Source: a virus
Taxonomy: Duplodnaviria > Caudoviricetes
DNA length: 53,140 bases
Strand: one strand, 5' to 3'
IMG/VR virus record: IMGVR_UViG_3300048575_000211
Location: 1-53,140 of that record
The position numbers were made by a program, and so were the translations under genes. The notes beneath the pieces were generated by a model that ran no database searches, was not told the DNA's origin, and saw nothing but the letters and a program-made list of their open reading frames with translations. Positions 47,438 to 53,140 of this stretch are shown in pieces (position 1 is the first letter of the stretch; each line of letters opens with the position of its first letter).

Positions 47438-48426
47438 CAGATAAGGCTCATTTGTTCCGGAGGAGGCTGTTGCGGCCGATCATTGAGAACCTTCAAAATA
47501 TTTTGCTTTGCTGATACCTCGATCTGAACAGCGCGAAGCGCATCCTCTCTTGTGAAAACGACTGAAACACCACCCAAAAGATCCTTCTGAGCTTGCGCCT
47601 CGGCTTCGTACTTCGCCTTGATCGTGTCCGGATCTATGATTGTCGTAAGTTCGCCATCGACCATGACCTGCCGAAGCTCGCCAGGATCAAGATCAACCGG
47701 TTCCTGTTTCTCCCATCCAAGTGAATGACCAAAAATTTCGCTCGCGTCGCAGTCCTCAATTCCGAGTGCTGATGCAAGACCAAATGCGTAAATGGTCTGA
47801 TATAGCCAGGGGTCGTTTATAAGCTTCGGGCTATCGAAACGCTCGATGAAAGCGGCGAGCATCTGACCGATTCGTGCCGGGCAAAGACGGAAGACACGGC
47901 CGATTTCGTCGTTTTCGTAGTCGCGCAAGTGCAGCGCGTATGCATGGAGAAAGTCATCTGTGCGCGCCATTTTCGCGACAATATCCCACCGGATCGATCC
48001 AGCGGCCGGATCAAATCGTGAGAAAACGCCGTTCGCTCCAAGGATTCGGTCCTCTTGCAGGGCCTCGCCGTCGCGGTCAAAGAGCATCACGCGACGGGTG
48101 AAGCCCTGTGGCCGACGCCATTTCTTTTCGCCAGCCTCATTATCGGCCTTTTCTTCACGCTTGAGACGACGAATTCCTGGCATATCAGCGGTAAGACCAC
48201 GGCCCATTTCGTCGAGAATCGTCCCGCGCATCTTCTCGTACACATACGAAGGCCAGCCGCGAGACCCATCGATTGAGTCGTAGATTTTCACCATCGTTTC
48301 GGATACCGAGCCGACCAGATCCTCTTTCACCTCACGCGGCATGTCGGCGGCGATCTTCTCGAGGAACGCCCAAGCGTTGACGCTCGCGTAGCGGATTACT
48401 TCCTTGATGTCGGGTTTCTGATCCAT
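47437..48426 (-). CDS. Divergent sigma-70-family (FliA-like) factor with C-terminal extension
   Basis: Region-2-like EDLV...IDGSRGWPSYVYEKMRGTILDEM; region-4-like DEIGRVFRLCPARIGQ. Confidence 0.65.
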   Translation of the reverse strand: MDQKPDIKEVIRYASVNAWAFLEKIAADMPREVKEDLVGSVSETMVKIYDSIDGSRGWPSYVYEKMRGTILDEMGRGLTADMPGIRRLKREEKADNEAGEKKWRRPQGFTRRVMLFDRDGEALQEDRILGANGVFSRFDPAAGSIRWDIVAKMARTDDFLHAYALHLRDYENDEIGRVFRLCPARIGQMLAAFIERFDSPKLINDPWLYQTIYAFGLASALGIEDCDASEIFGHSLGWEKQEPVDLDPGELRQVMVDGELTTIIDPDTIKAKYEAEAQAQKDLLGGVSVVFTREDALRAVQIEVSAKQNILKVLNDRPQQPPPEQMSLI

Positions 48427-48624
48427 AGAATCCCCCAAATTGAAAACGTTGGTTTTGTCCAAAACGTTCTCGACCTTCGGATGATTCTGTGAAAATTCGG
48501 CGCGCGCGGGCGCGGTGAAACCAGCGCCAACGGCGATTTGAAGATGTTTTGAGTCCTGGCTGCGAATCCGTCGCATGCTGAGACCGTCCTTGTGCACGAT
48601 GTGATCGACGAAACGTCCGGCTTC

Positions 48625-48978
48625 TTAAATTGCGCGGCGTATTTTTGCTTTCTCAATCCAGCTCTTCATGACGAAACGGATCGTGTTTTCGTTGAAACCG
48701 AGCCGGGCCGATTGCTCGACTGCTGAAACGAATTCCCGTGCGCGGGTGACGGTCTCGAAAATGACGAACTCGTCCGGCCTGAGCCAATCGAGCGTCAGGA
48801 CCTCCATGCCGCACATTTGGTTTGCATGGCCGAAAAGATCGCCCTGCTGCCTCATGCCGTAAGCCGTTCGCCAGGCCGCCTCATTGACGGCCGTCGAATG
48901 ACAAACGACGGCCTCCGGAGGCTTGGCGCTATATGCTTCGGCATCAATCTTCGCTTCGACAACACGATTAACGTTCAT
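48625..48978 (-). CDS. Phage hypothetical protein
   Basis: ATGA-coupled; RBS GGAGG. Confidence 0.6.
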   Translation of the reverse strand: MNVNRVVEAKIDAEAYSAKPPEAVVCHSTAVNEAAWRTAYGMRQQGDLFGHANQMCGMEVLTLDWLRPDEFVIFETVTRAREFVSAVEQSARLGFNENTIRFVMKSWIEKAKIRRAI

Positions 48979-49391
48979 GCTGTTCCTCCGAATATCACCT
49001 TGAGAATCAAACGCTTCCGACCGCCATCGAGCGCCGACTTCATGACCTGCTGAGCAAGCTCGAACTCATCAGCGCCGGCGCTATCGATCTTGATTGGCTC
49101 ATCCTTTTTCTCGGCAGTTCCAAAGTTGGGAACATGCCAATGACCATTCGGAATGGACTGAAGCGGAATCGCCAGTTGCTTGATGTCACGAAGAAGAAGA
49201 CCAGCCGCGCGAGCCTGTCCGCCGATGACATCGCTATCGAGCGGCTCTCCGTTCGGCGCTTTGAATCCCTCGTCCGTCAAAACGGGTACCATTTGGGCCC
49301 AATCAAGCCCCACAGCATGGAGCTTCTTAATTCGCTCTCTAATCGCCTGGCGCTGCTCATGCGTGTATCTCGGATTCTGACCTTCAATCAT
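48975..49391 (-). CDS. Phage hypothetical, possible DNA-binding protein
   Basis: Coupled; HTH-like N-terminal half. Confidence 0.6.
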   Translation of the reverse strand: MIEGQNPRYTHEQRQAIRERIKKLHAVGLDWAQMVPVLTDEGFKAPNGEPLDSDVIGGQARAAGLLLRDIKQLAIPLQSIPNGHWHVPNFGTAEKKDEPIKIDSAGADEFELAQQVMKSALDGGRKRLILKVIFGGTA

Positions 49392-49947
49392 TTCGTCCTC
49401 CTTGCGGTAGTTTCTTCGTCGGCGGGAGCGGCATCTTCTTCTGATCCGCTAGCCCAGCCGCGAGCTTCAATGCTTCTGGCGCCGCTTGTCCGATCAGCGC
49501 CTTTACGTCGCATCTTGTCTTCGACTCTTCCCTACTTTTGGATGAATTCAGAAATTGCGCACGGTAGGCGGTGACGTTGAGATCGTCGCGGCAGAACAAC
49601 CACCAGCCGCCCATTGATTCGATGACGGTCCAAGTCTCCTCGCCAAGAAACGCGCGAGCGTTCGACCGCTGGTTGACTCCGAATCGCGCGCGTGCCTCGA
49701 ACGCCTTGCCGATCGCCACCTCTGCGCGCTCGTGCATGGTGCCCTTTCCATACTCGAGGAACTTCGCCGGCGGCGGAAACCGCGTCTCTTTAATGAGAAC
49801 CTGGCGGCACGCAGTGAGGAATTCCTCATCAGTGAGCTCTTCAGAAAGAAGGCGGCCGACACGCTCGGCGCGATCAGCGTCGATTGCGTCGCCGAGATCG
49901 ATCGCGAGGCGGTTCAGATGGAGAGCGAATTGAAGTGTGCGGCTCAT
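49384..49947 (-). CDS. Replication-module helicase-loader-like protein (DUF6475-like)
   Basis: RFPPPAKF and IESMGGWWLFC motifs; downstream of the initiator. Confidence 0.7.
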   Translation of the reverse strand: MSRTLQFALHLNRLAIDLGDAIDADRAERVGRLLSEELTDEEFLTACRQVLIKETRFPPPAKFLEYGKGTMHERAEVAIGKAFEARARFGVNQRSNARAFLGEETWTVIESMGGWWLFCRDDLNVTAYRAQFLNSSKSREESKTRCDVKALIGQAAPEALKLAAGLADQKKMPLPPTKKLPQGGRND

Positions 49948-50159
49948 TTTCCACCTTGTGTGGTTTGACCAACGAGCCGTAGATATTCTTCCCAACTCAT
50001 GCCAATCGGCAGATACACCCACTCGCAGTCCCAATGCCACCGCTTCCCATAAGGACGCGACATGCACTTTAGGCAGTAGCGGTTATACGGTGGACCTGCT
50101 TTGAGTTGTCTTTCTTCCTCTGCCTCTAAAATCTGCTTGATCGCTTCACGAGATTTCAT
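49944..50159 (-). CDS. Phage hypothetical protein
   Basis: ATGA overlaps on both sides. Confidence 0.55.
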   Translation of the reverse strand: MKSREAIKQILEAEEERQLKAGPPYNRYCLKCMSRPYGKRWHWDCEWVYLPIGMSWEEYLRLVGQTTQGGK

Positions 50160-50398
50160 GCCACGATCTCCCCTCTTTTGAATTCGCCCGGATACCAACC
50201 AGACGCTACGGATTCGCGGTCTGACTTCTGCATCGCGAACTCGCATTCGAGATGCATCCGACCGGAGTTGAAGTCGCCCTCAAACCGATAGACGCGGTAA
50301 AAATGCAATTCACCTTTTTGAACCGTTTCGCCGCACCACTCGCAGCTATGCGCCGCGCGTGCGACCCGGTACGTGCTACCGATTTCGGAGTAACTCAT
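50156..50398 (-). CDS. Zn-finger phage protein
   Basis: ARAAHSCEWCGETVQKGE...HLEC. Confidence 0.7.
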   Translation of the reverse strand: MSYSEIGSTYRVARAAHSCEWCGETVQKGELHFYRVYRFEGDFNSGRMHLECEFAMQKSDRESVASGWYPGEFKRGEIVA

Positions 50399-50652
50399 GA
50401 CACCACCTCACCGAGCGCAGTCGTTACCTTTCGCCAATCAGGTATCGCCATATCCAAGAGATCGTCCTCAGATATCCCGCTCAGACGCGACGCGAGCGCC
50501 ACCATGTTTTCATGAAGTGTCTTCGGAGAAATGAGATCGAGACCAACAAGGTCTCTCACCTTCGGACTCCTGATGGTGATCAACTCAATCGTTGTTGATC
50601 CGAATAAGAACCGCTTCGACTTAAGTGGCTCGCATAAAACGATCGTCTTCAT
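50395..50652 (-). CDS. P2 gpE/Mu gp41-like tail-assembly-chaperone homolog, outside the tail module
   Basis: ITIRSPKVRDL...ALASRLSGISEDDLLDMAIPDW pattern. Confidence 0.7.
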   Translation of the reverse strand: MKTIVLCEPLKSKRFLFGSTTIELITIRSPKVRDLVGLDLISPKTLHENMVALASRLSGISEDDLLDMAIPDWRKVTTALGEVVS

Positions 50653-51875
50653 TGGCAGACCTCCCCGCGCTCTTGCGCGCGCCGTATGATTTCGGCCTCC
50701 GTCGCGGCCCCTTGGACTTTGGTGTTGAACGACTTCGCGCGGGCATCGGGCGGAATCGGCGCCCCCGAGCGAACCTCGGTGAGCAAGACGGCGCGATCGT
50801 CCATCAACAGCCGGACGTCGTGGGCGCGCTGCTTGTAGTAATTATTGGGCTTCGCGTAAAACCAACCGAGCATGAGCGGAGCCTCGTCGCGGCCGACGGC
50901 TTTGACGAAGTTCGAGAGAATGCCGTTGACGTCGGCGCCCTCGATCGGATCGGCGCCCGAGTATGTCGCGCGGTGAAGCTTCCGGCGAATCTCCAAAAGC
51001 TCCGCCACTGGCGTTTGTGAGACCACCTCTGCGTTCTTACCCTTCCCCCGGCGTTTTGCGGGCGGTGGCGGTATGATGGCGTTTGAATTCGGGGCATTCT
51101 GGATCTCATCCTCGATCACAATTTCAGCCTCAACGAGTTTCGGGGGCGGCTCGTCGGCTGGAGCCGATGAGCAATCCGGTTCGTCGCCAAAGAAACTCGG
51201 GTCGAAGAAATCACCGGTGTCGTCGGCCGGAAATTCGTTCACCGTCGGCGCAACCCCATTTCCAGTTCCATTTCCAGTTCCATTTCCAGTTCCATTTCCA
51301 GTTCCACGACGTAGATTCCGCTCGGGTTCGTCGCTGATTCGTGACGGGTTCGTTGCGGGTTCGTCTCGAGATTCAGGAGAGTCTGCGTAACTGTCGATAG
51401 AGACTGCTTTTCCGAGTTTCACCCATTCAACGAAATCAATTGCCGCGCACGATTCGGCATTCGGATCTGGCAAAACGCTCTTTGCCTCGTCTGTGCGCGG
51501 TTTTTGATGCAAAAGCCAGCTCGGAACGACCCCGAAGGTCTTCTCTTTGACCGACGCACGAATGCGCGACGCTCTCGACCCGAGTTCGTTACGAGGTCGT
51601 GACGAGTTCTCGTCGGATTCTGATTGAACGCGATACCTCTGAACGAACCCGAACTCCCAAAGCAGATCGAGAACGCGAGAGGGATCGCACTTGTCGTGTG
51701 GAAGAACTCGCGATTTATAGGCGTCCGCATCCCACTCGAAGCGCCCCTCCCGATCGCTGATTGTCCACAGGCCGGCGAATGCCACGCGCGTCGGCAGTCC
51801 GGTCTCGAATTCAAGTTTCGCGAGCAGCTCGTGGGTGAAGAATTCAGGTTTGATAGTCCGTATCCATGACTTCAT
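50649..51875 (-). CDS. Phage replication initiator protein
   Basis: RTIKPEFF...GLWTISDREGRF N-terminal domain; low-complexity linker with DNA repeats; RBS AGGAG. Confidence 0.85.
   Translation of the reverse strand: MKSWIRTIKPEFFTHELLAKLEFETGLPTRVAFAGLWTISDREGRFEWDADAYKSRVLPHDKCDPSRVLDLLWEFGFVQRYRVQSESDENSSRPRNELGSRASRIRASVKEKTFGVVPSWLLHQKPRTDEAKSVLPDPNAESCAAIDFVEWVKLGKAVSIDSYADSPESRDEPATNPSRISDEPERNLRRGTGNGTGNGTGNGTGNGVAPTVNEFPADDTGDFFDPSFFGDEPDCSSAPADEPPPKLVEAEIVIEDEIQNAPNSNAIIPPPPAKRRGKGKNAEVVSQTPVAELLEIRRKLHRATYSGADPIEGADVNGILSNFVKAVGRDEAPLMLGWFYAKPNNYYKQRAHDVRLLMDDRAVLLTEVRSGAPIPPDARAKSFNTKVQGAATEAEIIRRAQERGEVCQ
51258..51305. repeat. 12-bp perfect tandem repeat x4 (encodes GTGN x4)
   Basis: (ATTTCCAGTTCC)4. 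Confidence 0.95.
51323..51366. repeat. 11-bp-period iteron-like array (putative origin)
   Basis: CGGGTTCGT at 51323, 51345, 51356 and degenerate at 51334; related array at 51581-51613. Confidence 0.6.
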
Positions 51876-51903
51876 AAAAGGCTCCTAAGTTGTGCGTGCG
51901 GGG

Positions 51904-51922
51904 TGGAATCAAGGTGGAATCA
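51904..51922. promoter_or_regulatory. Putative integrase arm-type sites (TGGAATCA x2)
   Basis: 11-bp spaced pair, same spacing as 7985/7996. Confidence 0.7.
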
Positions 51923-52022
51923 AGACGGATTAAAACGGACCAAATTGCCGCAAAATGGAGCAAATTGGACGCAGTGAGTAAATACAGATTGTTGATTGGA
52001 AAATCGGAGAGCGCAGAAACGC

Positions 52023-52068
52023 AAAAAGGCCCGAAATCACTGATGCTTTTCAGTGAAATCGAGCCTTT
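52023..52068 (-). terminator. Phage-supplied terminator-like hairpin downstream of the tRNA
   Basis: AGGCTCGA.TCACTGA/TCAGTGA.TCGGGCCT followed by T-run on the minus strand. Confidence 0.7.
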
Positions 52069-52095
52069 AAAATGGCCTCTCGGCCGGGGAAAAAA

Positions 52096-52172
<77 letters not shown>

Positions 52173-52475
52173 ACGAGGTTTGAAAAGTCGCAAGAACGAT
52201 GCGCTCGGTTGGCGCATGCGACTGACAAGACACGGTATAAAACCGGAAGCTGCGAATCTAATGGTCACCTCAGATCGAGTCAACCTTGAATCGGAAATTC
52301 CTCAATCAATTCCCACCCAATTGCCTCCAAAATTAGCAGGTGCGCCGCGGCACTGTCGTTTAGTCCAGCCTTAACGTTTGACAGTTCCAGAGCATTTTAA
52401 TGCAATTGAACCCGATAGGAGCGACCGGGAAGGACGCTTCTTATTCCAAATAAAGTAAACCAGGGAGGGCCAGGC

Positions 52476-53140
52476 ATGCTGTTCTTTCAGCAGGGGCGTC
52501 GTTTTTATTCCGAGCTTATTCTGAAGTCGTCACTCACAGCCGGGCTGGCCGCCGTCGCGCTCACATTTTCGGCCTGCGGAAAACCGCCGGCATCGAACCA
52601 AGGTCCCAACCACGCGTTTTTCTTCCCAACGTCGGTCGCACCCGCGATCACGATCACGGACTCAAGCGGCACGCCCATTGCCGGAGCTCGCATTTTGATC
52701 GGGAGTCGTCAAAACGTACCATTCCCCGGAAACCTTCTCGCCACGGAGGCCAACGGCCAAATCAACATTCCGTCGGAGTGGACGGATGCTCAACCGGTGA
52801 CCATTGAAGCGAGCGGCTATGTCCGCGCGACCTTCTTCGGCCGCAAGCCCGGCGAGCAAACCTTCAGCCTTCACCGTGCGATTCCGCCGGCACGAATGGA
52901 GCTGAAAGGCGAAACCAATGGCTTCGGTCCGCTTCCGAAAGATGGCTTCTTGGATATCGGCCTTGTGTTTCCGGCGATGACCCGCCAGCAGATCGGGCTC
53001 TTGCAAGTGCAAGCCTTGATCAGTCCCGAAACCGACACGATGTCGGTCTTCGGGCAAAAGGTAGATGTTCCCAGCAACGTCACCTTTCCCTATCAAAAAG
53101 AAGACTACATCTTCACGCTCACCTTCGATAAACCGACCTA
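52476..53140 (+). CDS. Host lipoprotein, 3'-partial (absent from the ORF track because it runs off the window)
   Basis: RBS GGGAGGG; MLFFQQGRRF...AVALTFSAC lipobox; open to the window end. Confidence 0.8.
   Translation, partial: MLFFQQGRRFYSELILKSSLTAGLAAVALTFSACGKPPASNQGPNHAFFFPTSVAPAITITDSSGTPIAGARILIGSRQNVPFPGNLLATEANGQINIPSEWTDAQPVTIEASGYVRATFFGRKPGEQTFSLHRAIPPARMELKGETNGFGPLPKDGFLDIGLVFPAMTRQQIGLLQVQALISPETDTMSVFGQKVDVPSNVTFPYQKEDYIFTLTFDKPT

Noticed and set aside
52505-53096. Minus-strand ORFs at the right end
   Set aside because: Shadow of the plus-strand lipoprotein gene starting at 52476.

Overview
Most of the window (7811-52144, about 44.3 kb between att repeats) is an apparently complete temperate myovirus-type prophage integrated in the 3' half of an elongator tRNA-Met(CAT) gene (52096-52172, minus strand). 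It encodes a tyrosine integrase, excisionase, CI/Cro switch, RecE/RecT-like recombination, RNase H, a replication initiator with internal repeats, a divergent FliA-like sigma factor, terminase, portal, capsid, contractile tail and baseplate, fibres, and a lysis cassette with three candidate hydrolases. Almost all phage genes are on the minus strand, and att separates cro-rec-xis-int from replication and late genes. Left of the prophage, two more copies of the tRNA 3' end (5977-6022, 6937-6952) delimit ~0.9 kb integrase-less cassettes, each holding one toxin-antitoxin-type pair. Further left is a decayed accessory region (truncated Fic, broken peptidase, signal-peptide-bearing FlgC-like gene, orphan toxin tip plus immunity). 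Several proteins suggest a Bdellovibrionota-like predatory host; this is an inference from recalled family resemblance, not a search result. All product calls come from motifs and synteny read by eye.
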